From positions 64,001 to 128,000 of the forward strand of contig CP045477.1 in assembly GCA_009392915.1 (NCBI GenBank): DNA of 64,000 nucleotides, written 5' to 3'. The position numbers and the translations under genes are program-made. The stretch's first letter is position 1; the number at the start of each line of letters is the position of its first letter. Source of the DNA: Candidatus Forterrea multitransposorum CG_2015-17_Forterrea_25_41. Its GTDB lineage: Archaea; Iainarchaeota; Iainarchaeia; Iainarchaeales; CSSED10-239. Shown here piece by piece: positions 53,526-63,195 of this stretch. Below the pieces are notes generated by a model. It saw nothing but the letters and a program-made list of their open reading frames with translations, did no database searches and was not told the DNA's origin.

Positions 53526-54272
53526 CTATTTATAACTTAAAAGCTTTTTAACATTTATATTCTCATTAAAAATCTCTTTTGACATTCCTTCAACATGTCC
53601 AGCACCAACAACAACCACAATGCTGTTAACATCTTCTTGTTGTAAGATCTGTCTAATACCATAAGCCATAAACTGATCTCTCTCATCAATCATTATTCTC
53701 TTTAAGGTCTTATGTCTTTTCATGAAAATTTCAAGAAGTTTATTTAGTTTGTCACCACTCTCTTCATCATCAACGCTTTTTAAAAGAACATTTACATCAA
53801 AGTCTTTACCAAGTTCTTTTCTTGTGTTAAATCCTCCAAAGAAAAGTCTAAATTTATCTCTAAAGGTTAAATTTTTTAAAAGTTTACTTAAAGTAAACTC
53901 TGCATCTCTATCCAGAAGTAAAAGCTTTGATTTATTCTCTTGAGCAGAAATAACTCCTTGCATCATTTCTTCTCCAGGAGTTGTATCAAATTTACTTGCA
54001 ATTTTTTTTTGAAATTTTTGTAAAACATAATATACTAAAAAAAGTCCAGGTTTTTTAGCTCTAAAAATATCTTTTAATCTAATCTCTCTTTTATTTTCTT
54101 TTGTCATCATGCTTTGAAATCTTTTTCTATCAAGCTCAATTCCAACAACATCAGGTTTTTCTAAATCAATAGTTTCTTTTACTTTTTCCTTGCTTTTTTT
54201 AGAAATATGTGCTGTTCCAACAATAATTATTTTTTTATTATTATAAAAAATAGTTTTAATCATAATTTTCAC
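53526..54272 (-). CDS. TraB/GumN family protein
   Basis: IIIVGTAHISKKS...V...I....PD.V.IELD..R and a C-terminal VVVVGAGHVEG. Confidence 0.8.
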   Translation of the reverse strand: MKIMIKTIFYNNKKIIIVGTAHISKKSKEKVKETIDLEKPDVVGIELDRKRFQSMMTKENKREIRLKDIFRAKKPGLFLVYYVLQKFQKKIASKFDTTPGEEMMQGVISAQENKSKLLLLDRDAEFTLSKLLKNLTFRDKFRLFFGGFNTRKELGKDFDVNVLLKSVDDEESGDKLNKLLEIFMKRHKTLKRIMIDERDQFMAYGIRQILQQEDVNSIVVVVGAGHVEGMSKEIFNENINVKKLLSYK

Positions 54273-54380
54273 TTAAAATAAACATTTAAATAGGTTTTTA
54301 ATATATTATATATTATAAATAATAGGAAACATTTTTAATATGTTTTTAAAATATTTAAATTAAGGAAAATCAAGATATAT

Positions 54381-57300
54381 ATGAAAAATAAGATACTAAT
54401 AATTTTTTTATTTACAATTTTACTTTCAACTTTTATTTTTTCAGATCCTGTTGTAAAGATAAATGATAATTTAACAACATATACAAACAGTGATTCTGAA
54501 AACTTCTATGTTGAAGTAAGTAATACTGGAGATAATTGTGAAGTTGAATCTGATTTTATAAGTATTAATTTAAGTTCAGATGCAGCAAGTTCTTTTCCAT
54601 ATTTAATATACTGTAATCTTGAAAGAAATTATAGTGGTTATTTTTCAGTAGATTTTTCAACAAACACACCAACACCTCCAATACCAAATGTTTTAGTTAA
54701 TAATGAAGATACTGTTATTGCAGACTATAATGGGTTTACTGCTAATTTAGTAGTTGACACAATAAATACTATAACAGGAACTTTTGATTTAAATTCTGTT
54801 GATTCAGTTGTAAATAATTACTATAAAGGAGATGTTGAAGTTACTTCTTTAAGTTCTTTTTCAGATGCACATTCTGGTTTAAAAGAATATTACATTTATA
54901 TTGTTGAAGTTGATTCAGTAAATGACTATAGAGATGATTATTATAAGAGATTAATTGTAGATGTTAATGAAACTTCTATTGATTTAGGTACATCTACAAC
55001 TGTTTCTGATGGAAATTATTTTGTTTTAGTTGAAGCTTTAGATTATGCTGAAAATCTTGCAATACCTTCTCAAGTAATTTTAAATAAAAAAAATATGTAT
55101 GTTGATAATACAGCACCTCAAGTAACTTCTTTTAGTTTAGGAAGTTTTTCAGAAGGTACAACTTATTATGTTCCTTCAACAACTACTACTTTGACTTTAT
55201 TAATTGAAGATGATGGTGTAGGGGTAAGGAATGAACCTCTATATACACAAATAGATAGAGATAGTGTAAAGTTAGCAGATTATAATTCTATATTAGGCGG
55301 TTTCTTTTTTGATTTTACAACAGTTGATTATGATATTGATGGTTCATATGAGCTTGCAGCAACAGATCTTTTAGGTAATTTAAATGAAAAAACATTTTCA
55401 ATAATGATAGATGAAACTTCTCCAACAACTCCAACAATTTCAACAGTTACAAGAGCTGTAGATAATAATGTTACAATTTCAAATTGGGGTACTTCAACTG
55501 ATTCTGGAAGTGGTTTAAAAGAATACAAAGTCTATAGGTCAACTTCTTCTTTTACAGAAGTTTCAAATCAAGATTTAATTTGTACAGTTTCTGCAGCTGC
55601 TTCAAAAACTTGTCTTGATTCAACTTCAAAATCAGATGATACAAGATATTATTATGGTGTTACTGCAGTTGATAATGCAGGAAATAATAGTCCAGTTGTA
55701 ACTGCAAGCATAAAAACAGGTCCTGAACTTGATATTTATATTGATTTAGAAGATTCTGATTTTGTAAATACTGTTACTCCAGAGATAACTTTAGAGTATG
55801 GTTCTGATGTTAATGCTGTTAGATTTAGTTGTAATGCTTCAACTTTTACATCATGGGTTGAAGTTTCGGGAACTTCTGAGGTTTATGAAAGTTTTAATGT
55901 AACTTCTGGAAATGGATGTAATACAGATCAAGGAGATAAAATAATTTATGTTGAAGCAAGAAGTGAAGACGATCCTTATCTTATTACTAGAGAATCTTTT
56001 GAGTTTGAACTTGATTCAAAAGCACCAACAATACCTAGTAACATAGAAGTTTTAGAACAAGCAAATGGTTCTTTAAATATTTCTTGGACAAGCTCAACAG
56101 ATGTAAATGGTAGTGGTCTTGAAGAATACAGGATTTATTATTCAGAATCTGAGTCAGTTTCTAAATCCTCACAATATATGACTTCTTCAGATGAAGAGTA
56201 TATTTTTAATCCTAATGAAGATAAAACATTTTATTTTAAAATATCTGCAATTGATGAAGCATTAAATGAATCTGATCTTTCATCTATTGCTTCTGGAACT
56301 GCAAAAAGATTTGGACCTTCTTTTACTTTTAATGCAAGCCCAAAAAATTTAATTGATGATGTTTATTATTTAAAAAAAGGAAATGTTTTATTTACTATTA
56401 CAAGTAGTGAAGAATTAAAACAAACACCTATTATTAGACTTAAAATTGGTAATTCACCTTATAAATCAATTTCTGCAATTTATAGTAATTTAATTACAAC
56501 TTTTAATTATTCTTTAGAAGAAAGTGGAGATTCAATTTTAGAAATTACAGGTACAAATAATAATAATGAAACAACAACTGATACTTTTAATTTTATAGTA
56601 GATGCAGAAGTTCCAACTTTTACTGCTGACTATAATTTCTTTGAAGATACTAAATTATATGAATTTAAAATAAGTGATTTTTCAGATGATGTTTTCAGAG
56701 TTCAATATTTATTTAATAATGTTGAAGAAGTTTGTTTTATTGAAGATTCAAATAACAATTATCTTTGTTCACTTGATTCTACTCTTTATAAAGATGGTAA
56801 TCATAAAATGTATGTTTTAGTTTATGATAGAGCATTAAATTATGAAACTGAAATTATTTCTTTTGAAATAGATAATGTTGATGAAGCTTTAATTTTAAAA
56901 GAAAATTTAGTTGCTGAAATTAATACAAATATTTTTACAATTGAAGATAGAATTTCTTTCCTTCAAGCAATCTCTTTAGAAGTTTCTCAAGATGTTTTAG
57001 ATAAATTTTCTGAAGCTAAAGAAAAAGTTGTTCTTGCAAAATCTCTAGAAGATTCAAATAATTTTTCAGAAGCTGTAAATACTTATACTTCTGTAAATAA
57101 TTCTTTACTTGAGATATTAGAAGTTTTACCTACAGAAAATGTTTTAAAAACAAAAACTATTGAAATTGATCTTTTAGATAATTCTTTTGATCTTAATACA
57201 GTTATTTTGGATCAAAATATATTAACTGATAATTTGTCTTTTTATGATGTTAATAATCAAGACCTAAATTTTATATCAGTTTCAAGAGAATTTAGTGTTT

Positions 57301-57959
57301 TTGAAGTATCTGGTCAAAACTTTTATTCTAGTAATTTAATTTTTGTAAATGACTCTAATGTAGATAAAGTAATTTCTTTTATTGAAGTAATACCTAAAGA
57401 ATTTGAAAAATCTTCAGATAATATTTATTTTGATAGAAATATTGTTGTAATTGATAAAGATCCAATAATTCTTTATAATTTAGTAATTCCTAAAAATTCT
57501 TCTCTTACAACAAAATATATTAGTCAAACAGCAATTACAAGTTTTGATATTTTAACTAAATTTGATGCAATTGTTTACAAGTCTCCTCTTCTTTTAACTG
57601 GATCTGTAAATTTAGAAGATTTAAATTTTGAAAAACCTTTAATTGATAGTAAATCTTTATTTATGATAGCAGTTGTTCTTTTAATAATAATTATCTTACT
57701 TTTAGTAATCTGGATGGTGGCTTCTGGTCGTAAGAAAAAAGAAGATGTCTTTAAAGAAATGGAACCTAAGGATGCTATGAATAAATATCTTGGAAATAAA
57801 CTAAATAGTAATTCTCAAGAAAAATCTTCAACTGATTCTTCTTCATCTAAAACTTTAGAAGAAAAAGAAGAAGAGCATAAAAGTGATCTTGAAAAGAAAA
57901 AGAAGTATGATAGTAATTATGAGTTTATTTTAGATGCTGTTAAAAGAAGTAATAAATAA
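54381..57959 (+). CDS. large surface protein (1192 aa) with FN3-like modules, C-proximal TM and long charged tail
   Basis: Signal peptide. Recurrent SGL(K/E)EY.(I/V)Y...(Y/F)Y....A.D.A.N modules (three seen). TM LFMIAVVLLIIIILLLVIWMV followed by an ~100-aa K/E/S-rich tail. Confidence 0.8.
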   Translation: MKNKILIIFLFTILLSTFIFSDPVVKINDNLTTYTNSDSENFYVEVSNTGDNCEVESDFISINLSSDAASSFPYLIYCNLERNYSGYFSVDFSTNTPTPPIPNVLVNNEDTVIADYNGFTANLVVDTINTITGTFDLNSVDSVVNNYYKGDVEVTSLSSFSDAHSGLKEYYIYIVEVDSVNDYRDDYYKRLIVDVNETSIDLGTSTTVSDGNYFVLVEALDYAENLAIPSQVILNKKNMYVDNTAPQVTSFSLGSFSEGTTYYVPSTTTTLTLLIEDDGVGVRNEPLYTQIDRDSVKLADYNSILGGFFFDFTTVDYDIDGSYELAATDLLGNLNEKTFSIMIDETSPTTPTISTVTRAVDNNVTISNWGTSTDSGSGLKEYKVYRSTSSFTEVSNQDLICTVSAAASKTCLDSTSKSDDTRYYYGVTAVDNAGNNSPVVTASIKTGPELDIYIDLEDSDFVNTVTPEITLEYGSDVNAVRFSCNASTFTSWVEVSGTSEVYESFNVTSGNGCNTDQGDKIIYVEARSEDDPYLITRESFEFELDSKAPTIPSNIEVLEQANGSLNISWTSSTDVNGSGLEEYRIYYSESESVSKSSQYMTSSDEEYIFNPNEDKTFYFKISAIDEALNESDLSSIASGTAKRFGPSFTFNASPKNLIDDVYYLKKGNVLFTITSSEELKQTPIIRLKIGNSPYKSISAIYSNLITTFNYSLEESGDSILEITGTNNNNETTTDTFNFIVDAEVPTFTADYNFFEDTKLYEFKISDFSDDVFRVQYLFNNVEEVCFIEDSNNNYLCSLDSTLYKDGNHKMYVLVYDRALNYETEIISFEIDNVDEALILKENLVAEINTNIFTIEDRISFLQAISLEVSQDVLDKFSEAKEKVVLAKSLEDSNNFSEAVNTYTSVNNSLLEILEVLPTENVLKTKTIEIDLLDNSFDLNTVILDQNILTDNLSFYDVNNQDLNFISVSREFSVFEVSGQNFYSSNLIFVNDSNVDKVISFIEVIPKEFEKSSDNIYFDRNIVVIDKDPIILYNLVIPKNSSLTTKYISQTAITSFDILTKFDAIVYKSPLLLTGSVNLEDLNFEKPLIDSKSLFMIAVVLLIIIILLLVIWMVASGRKKKEDVFKEMEPKDAMNKYLGNKLNSNSQEKSSTDSSSSKTLEEKEEEHKSDLEKKKKYDSNYEFILDAVKRSNK

Positions 57960-57971
57960 TTTTGAAAAAAT

Positions 57972-59156
57972 ATGATTGAAGGTATAGATAAAAGAATAAT
58001 TATTGTTGGTGGTGGACCAACAGGACTTTATTGTGCTTATCTTTTAAAAAAATTAAATCCAAATATAATTATTACAGTCATAGAAGAACATAAAACTTGT
58101 GGTTCTCCAATGTGTTGTAGTGGTTTAATTGATGTTTCTGGTTATAATAGATTAAAGCTTAAAAATTTTTTAGTTTTAAAAGACTTTTTAATAAATAAAA
58201 TATATGGATCTCACATCTATGGTCCTTTAGAAGCAAAAATAGATGTTCTTTCAAAAGATGTTAAAGCATATGTTATTGATAGAGAAAAATTTGATAATAG
58301 TATAAAAGAATTAGCCTTAAGTTTTGATGTTGAACTTTTATCTGGAAAAAGAGTTGTTTCTATTGAAAATAATTTTGTAACTTTTAAAGATTTAGAAACT
58401 GATTCTGAAGAACAATTAAGATACGATTATTTAGTTGGAGCAGATGGTCCTAATTCTTTGGTGAGAAAAACTTTTTTCCCTGAAATTAAAAACTCAGAGT
58501 TTGTGCATACTTATCAAGTAACAGTTGAAGGAAATTTTGATAATAGAAATGTTTCTGTTTATTTAGGTGATTTTGCAAAAGGTTTATTTGCATGGATTGT
58601 TCCTGAATCATCAAGTGTTGCAAAAATTGGTTTAGGTGTTTCTTTAGGTAAAAATCCTAAAGATGCTTTTTTAAAATTTAAAGAAAAATATAAATTGACT
58701 TATCAAAGAGAGATTTATGAATGTTCAGGTATATTGCCTATCTCTAAACCATTAAAAAATTTAGTGCATGACAATGTTTTACTTGTTGGAGATGCTGCTT
58801 GTTTTGTAAAGTCTACAACTGGAGGAGGAGTGAATTTTGGACTTCTTTCTTCTGAAATGGCATCAAAAGCAATTAATGAAAGAATTAAAGAGTATAAGTC
58901 TCTTAAAAACTATAATACTTTATTAAAAAAATACCGTAAAGAATTAAATACTCATTATAAGATTAGGAATTATTTATTGTCTAAAAATTTTGTAGAACAA
59001 GATAAATTGCTTTTAAAGATTAAAGATTCAAATATTCATAAAATTTTAGAAGAATATGGCAACATGGATTATCCTAGTGAATTTTTATCAAAGATTTTTA
59101 CAAATAAAAATAGTTTTTTATTAATTCCTGAATTTTTTAAATTTATTATTAAATAG
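57972..59156 (+). CDS. geranylgeranyl reductase family FAD-dependent oxidoreductase
   Basis: IIIVGGGPTGLYCAYLL (dinucleotide fold), CCSGLI, LVGADGPNSLVRK, VGDAACFVK.TTGGG. Confidence 0.85.
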   Translation: MIEGIDKRIIIVGGGPTGLYCAYLLKKLNPNIIITVIEEHKTCGSPMCCSGLIDVSGYNRLKLKNFLVLKDFLINKIYGSHIYGPLEAKIDVLSKDVKAYVIDREKFDNSIKELALSFDVELLSGKRVVSIENNFVTFKDLETDSEEQLRYDYLVGADGPNSLVRKTFFPEIKNSEFVHTYQVTVEGNFDNRNVSVYLGDFAKGLFAWIVPESSSVAKIGLGVSLGKNPKDAFLKFKEKYKLTYQREIYECSGILPISKPLKNLVHDNVLLVGDAACFVKSTTGGGVNFGLLSSEMASKAINERIKEYKSLKNYNTLLKKYRKELNTHYKIRNYLLSKNFVEQDKLLLKIKDSNIHKILEEYGNMDYPSEFLSKIFTNKNSFLLIPEFFKFIIK

Positions 59157-59769
59157 ATTTATTTTCTAATTTTTCAATTTCTCTTTCAAAATCTTTCCAA
59201 CTTTCAATTTTTTTAGTATTTTTAGGAAGTGGTCTTTTTTTATTCCATTTATATTGATTATTTTTATCAAATAAAAAAAGTTTTGTTTTTGAATTTTTTG
59301 AAGCTATGTCTTTTATTTCATCTAAATTATCTTCAATTACAACATCTATTTTAAATTTATTTACTAAATCTCCTTTAGTAAATATAGGTTCATTTTTATC
59401 TGTATTTTTATAATCAATAAATAATATTTCTTCAAATTTATTTTTATAATGTTTATCAATCCAAAGAATTGTTTGAAATTTAACTTTACTATTTCTTGCT
59501 GTAATTATATATATTTGATGTTTTAAACTTAATTTCTTAATAACTCTTGTAGAGCCTTTAATAGGTTTCATTGATAAATGTTTTTCTGTATTAAGAAATT
59601 CTTCCCAGTCATTATAAAAACTATTAAAATCAGAATGGAATAAATCATAGCCTGATGGTTTTTTTGAATGCACTTCTTTTTTTTTAAGAGAATATTTTTT
59701 ATTTAAATAGTTAATAATTGTTTTGAAAGTAGGTGCAATGGTATTATCAATATCTATTCCAATTTTCAT
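59149..59769 (-). CDS. HAD-superfamily 5'(3')-deoxyribonucleotidase-like hydrolase
   Basis: MKIGIDIDNTIA (DxDxT). 206 aa. C-terminal-region acidic motif VVIEDNLDE. Confidence 0.6.
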   Translation of the reverse strand: MKIGIDIDNTIAPTFKTIINYLNKKYSLKKKEVHSKKPSGYDLFHSDFNSFYNDWEEFLNTEKHLSMKPIKGSTRVIKKLSLKHQIYIITARNSKVKFQTILWIDKHYKNKFEEILFIDYKNTDKNEPIFTKGDLVNKFKIDVVIEDNLDEIKDIASKNSKTKLFLFDKNNQYKWNKKRPLPKNTKKIESWKDFEREIEKLENKSI

Positions 59770-59801
59770 AATTAATCATATTTTATTATATATATTAAAT
59801 A

Positions 59802-59874
59802 TAGCTCGGAGGAGATTCGAACTCCTGTCGTAAGATCCAGGGTCTTACATGCTTGGCCTCTACACTACCGAGCT
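59802..59874 (-). tRNA. tRNA-Gln (anticodon CUG)
   Basis: Reverse-strand cloverleaf: acceptor AGCTCGG/CCGAGCT (A1:U72), D-arm GTGT-AGAGGCCAA-GCAT, anticodon stem TAAGA/TCTTA with loop CCCTGGA, T-arm AGGAG-TTCGAAT-CTCCT. 73 nt, no CCA. Confidence 0.85.
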
Positions 59875-59957
59875 TTTTTTGTTTTTAAATCTTTCTTTAT
59901 ATATAATATATTTATCATATAAAAATCTATTTAAAACAATTGTATTAATATATAATT

Positions 59958-61172
59958 ATGGATATTTTAAAAATTAGAGAAGATTTTAAAGTTTTAAAAG
60001 AAAATAAAATAATATATTTTGATAATGCAGCATCTTCTTTAAAACCAAAACAAGTTTTAGAAGGAATTAGTGAGTATTATTTAGACTTTCCTGTAAACAT
60101 TCATAGAGGTATACACAAATTATCAATGAGAGCATCTATAATCTATCAAGAAACAAGAGAAAAGCTTGCAAAGTTTATAGGATCTAAAGAAAATGAAGTT
60201 GTTTTTACAAACAATAGTACAGATGCAATCAATTTAGTGATGTATTCTCTTTATAATTCTGAATATTTAAAAAAAGATGATGAAATAATTCTTTCAATTC
60301 TAGAACATCATGCAAATTTAGTTCCTTGGCTTTTTTTATCTAAAAAAATAGGTGTTAAACTTAAGTTTGTTGAAATAAAAGATGATTTTACACTTGATAT
60401 GGAAGATTTTAAAAATAAACTTTCTTCTAAAACAAAGTTAGTTGCAATTACACATATTTCAAATACTACAGGAACTATTGTTCCAATTAAAGAAATTATT
60501 TCTTTATCTAAGAAATATGATTGTTTAACATTAATTGATGCTTCTCAATCAGCACCACATTTTAAAATAAACTTTAAAGAACTTGATTGTGATTTTCTTG
60601 TATTTACAGCTCATAAAATGTTAGGTCCTACAGGTTTAGGATTTTTAATTTCAAAAGAAAATAATTTAGAAAAGTTTATGCCATTTAAGTTTGGTGGGGA
60701 CATGATTAAAAATGTTTCAACAACTGATTTTAGTACTAATAGTGTTCCTTTTAAATTTGAAGCAGGAACTCCAAATATATCAGCAGTTTTTGGTTTTTCA
60801 AAAGCTATTGATTATTTATCTGATATTGGACTTGAAAATATTGAAAAACAAGATAAACTTTTATTAGAGTATGGTATTGAAAAATTAAAAGCTATTAAAA
60901 ATTTAGAATTTTTTAATCCTTTAGATAAAAATTTACAAAGTCCTATCTTTTTATTTAGACTTAAAGGTATTGATTGTAATGATCTTTCTGCAATTTTAGA
61001 TGATATGTCAAATATTGCAACTAGAGCGGGAGTTCATTGTGCAGAACCAATTGTTACAAGATTTGATAAAAATGGACTTTCAAGAGCTTCTCTTTATTTT
61101 TATAATACTTTTGAAGAAATTGATAAGTTTGTAGAGTCAATAAAGACAGTTGATGGTAAAATAAATGGATAG
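59958..61172 (+). CDS. sufS: cysteine desulfurase (SufS/class V aminotransferase)
   Basis: FDNAASS.KP, HHANLVPW, FTAHKMLGPTG (PLP Lys), ATRAGVHCAEP (catalytic Cys). Confidence 0.9.
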   Translation: MDILKIREDFKVLKENKIIYFDNAASSLKPKQVLEGISEYYLDFPVNIHRGIHKLSMRASIIYQETREKLAKFIGSKENEVVFTNNSTDAINLVMYSLYNSEYLKKDDEIILSILEHHANLVPWLFLSKKIGVKLKFVEIKDDFTLDMEDFKNKLSSKTKLVAITHISNTTGTIVPIKEIISLSKKYDCLTLIDASQSAPHFKINFKELDCDFLVFTAHKMLGPTGLGFLISKENNLEKFMPFKFGGDMIKNVSTTDFSTNSVPFKFEAGTPNISAVFGFSKAIDYLSDIGLENIEKQDKLLLEYGIEKLKAIKNLEFFNPLDKNLQSPIFLFRLKGIDCNDLSAILDDMSNIATRAGVHCAEPIVTRFDKNGLSRASLYFYNTFEEIDKFVESIKTVDGKING

Positions 61173-61271
61173 TTTTGTTTTTTGTATAATAATTAATATT
61201 TTAAATACTTTCTATTCATAATATTAATATAAAATGTACATATACAATTCCGATATAAAAGGGGGAAAAAT

Positions 61272-61562
61272 ATGACTAGCGAAAATGGATCTGTTGAAAC
61301 AAATATAATATATATTGGTAAAAAAGTAACAATGTCTTATGTTTTAGCAGTAATAACTCAATTTAACCAAGGTGCAGAAAGTGTTGTTATTAAAGCAAGA
61401 GGTAAAACAATATCAAAAGCAGTTGATGTTTCTGAGATTGTGAAAAATAAATTTGTAAATACTTTAAGAGTTGAAAAAATAAATATTTCTACAGAAGAGA
61501 TAACAACTGAAAACAATACCCCTATGAAAGTTTCTGCAATTGAAATTATACTTGCAAAGTAA
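61272..61562 (+). CDS. albA: DNA/RNA-binding protein Alba
   Basis: NIIYIGKK..MSYVLAVITQFNQGAESVVIKARGK.ISKAVDV.EIV.N.F. Confidence 0.9.
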   Translation: MTSENGSVETNIIYIGKKVTMSYVLAVITQFNQGAESVVIKARGKTISKAVDVSEIVKNKFVNTLRVEKINISTEEITTENNTPMKVSAIEIILAK

Positions 61563-61566
61563 ATTT

Positions 61567-63015
61567 CTAATTAACTATTAGTTTTGGTATTGGTAAGTTT
61601 AATTGAGGAAAATAATTATTTATTTTCTCAATAATTTTTTTTTCTTTTACAATTACTTTTTCTTTGTCTATTAAATATTTATTTTCATTTACATCTATTT
61701 TCTTAATGGTTTCAAGCTTCAAATATTTTATTGATTGAGCAAGTAAAGAATCATAAAACTTAGTATTTTTATGTTCTATAAACTTAGGTATCTCTTCAAT
61801 AAGGTCATTTATAAGTTTGTATTCTGTTAGATATTGTATAAACATAGGATTTTGTTCTAAATTGTTCTTGAAAGAATAATTATAGTTAAAAGAATTACTT
61901 AAATTTATAGAAGTTTCTAAATATTTTAATCTCTTTAAATATTCTTTTATTTTAATAGATAAGAAAGATTCTTTCTTTAAACAATACCATTTGATTTCAT
62001 CTAAGTTATCAATTATTTCAATTTCTTCTTCTGAAACTAAATTTACTGCATCTATTAAAGGAATACTTGCAAAATCTCCTTTGTAAAAAGGTCCTGTTGG
62101 CATTTCTTTTAAACCATTATTTTTTTTGAAATTAATTCTATTTTCTTTATTTATATTCTCTTGATGGAATTGTTCATATGCCCATTTTTGATCTTTTGAA
62201 ATAAAATAGAATCCTTGTTTTTTAAATCTTACTTTAACAATTGAATTTGATAAAACATTTATATCTAAATAGTTTTTTGGTTTACAACAATCACAATTTA
62301 AAGTATCATGCCCTATATTGTAAAAATCTTTTGTTAAAAGATATGGCCAGATATTTGAAAAATCCATTTTAATTCCTTGTCTTATGTTTTTTTCTTTTTC
62401 TAAGTATTCTATACTAATTTTATTGTTTAGCATCATTTTATTTTCAAAATATAAGTTTTCAAAGAAATTATTTAAAATTTCTTGATTATTAATATTTTTA
62501 ATTTTTATTTTTAATATGTTACTTAAAAGTAGTTTTTTAGTTAAGTTTTCAATTAACTTTAATTGCTCTTCTTTTAAGAAAGGATTTATATATTTTTTAA
62601 CAATTGAACTTATATTGTTATTTTCTATTTTTTTAATTCTTGTTTTTGAAACAATTATAAATAAATCATAATAACTCCATTCTTTCTCAATTAAATACTC
62701 TCTTTCAATATCTAAGATTAATATGTTTTTAGAAGTAGATATAGATAATATTTTATAAATCTTATTTAATGTTTCTTTATTTTTTGCAATTACTTTAATT
62801 TTATTTTTTTCAATTTTTTCTATATTTACTTCTCTTTTAAAATCAGATAATAGCTTTTGTACTACTTCTTTTGGAAGGTCAATATAAAAATAAGGGTTAA
62901 ATTTTTCCTTATAAACAAAATCATACTTATTGCTATAAGGATCTTTTGAAAAATAGCTTATAATTCTTTGTTTTTCTTCTTCATACACGCATTCTGTTAA
63001 ATATAGTTGTTCCAT
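61567..63015 (-). CDS. hypothetical protein with degenerate family-B DNA polymerase-like motifs
   Basis: 482 aa. FNPYFYI (aa 39-45), DFSNIWPYLL...GHDTLN (aa 218-240, motif A-like), NLSNSFNYNY (aa 371-380, motif B-like), KIDVNE (aa 439-444, at the motif C position). No exonuclease motifs recognised. Confidence 0.4.
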   Translation of the reverse strand: MEQLYLTECVYEEEKQRIISYFSKDPYSNKYDFVYKEKFNPYFYIDLPKEVVQKLLSDFKREVNIEKIEKNKIKVIAKNKETLNKIYKILSISTSKNILILDIEREYLIEKEWSYYDLFIIVSKTRIKKIENNNISSIVKKYINPFLKEEQLKLIENLTKKLLLSNILKIKIKNINNQEILNNFFENLYFENKMMLNNKISIEYLEKEKNIRQGIKMDFSNIWPYLLTKDFYNIGHDTLNCDCCKPKNYLDINVLSNSIVKVRFKKQGFYFISKDQKWAYEQFHQENINKENRINFKKNNGLKEMPTGPFYKGDFASIPLIDAVNLVSEEEIEIIDNLDEIKWYCLKKESFLSIKIKEYLKRLKYLETSINLSNSFNYNYSFKNNLEQNPMFIQYLTEYKLINDLIEEIPKFIEHKNTKFYDSLLAQSIKYLKLETIKKIDVNENKYLIDKEKVIVKEKKIIEKINNYFPQLNLPIPKLIVN

Positions 63016-63195
63016 AATCTATTCACTTAATTTTCACAAATATTATAAATAATCTAAAAAGTTGGCAGTTCTTTTTAGGTTATCTTTAAAGGCAATATAT
63101 AATTAGATTGTATAAAATATATCTCTTTTCAAGGGGGGTACTTGGCCGAGAAAGATAATCTTTTAGTTTAAAAATAGTTCTCTCCATTATTTCTA

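Noticed and set aside
2575-55528. About 30 other short track ORFs antisense to or out of frame with better genes. Examples: 2575-2844(-), 4544-4789(+), 8879-9106(-), 10181-10525(+), 12169-12375(-), 14435-14758(-), 17725-17916(+), 20167-20361(-), 20931-21179(-), 22564-22758(-), 25932-26189(-), 28468-28674(-), 28736-28921(+), 28851-29099(-), 30667-30888(+), 31025-31249(-), 33044-33253(-), 37555-37767(-), 37895-38095(+), 39239-39442(+), 39943-40342(-), 40366-40629(-), 41359-41583(-), 42618-42848(-), 44943-45225(-), 48374-48565(-), 51745-52062(-), 53722-53943(+), 55328-55528(-)
   Set aside because: Each overlaps a longer ORF with clear homology or better start context. Their translations are low-complexity (L/F/I/K/S runs) and lack RBS motifs. 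31025-31249(-) additionally overlaps the tRNA-Leu gene.
63133-63150. GGGGGGTACTTGGCCGAG patch resembling the 5' part of a class II tRNA (possible split-tRNA half)
   Set aside because: No D-arm, anticodon arm or complementary 3' half could be folded on either strand. It most likely lies in the 5' UTR or promoter region of the 63196 gene.
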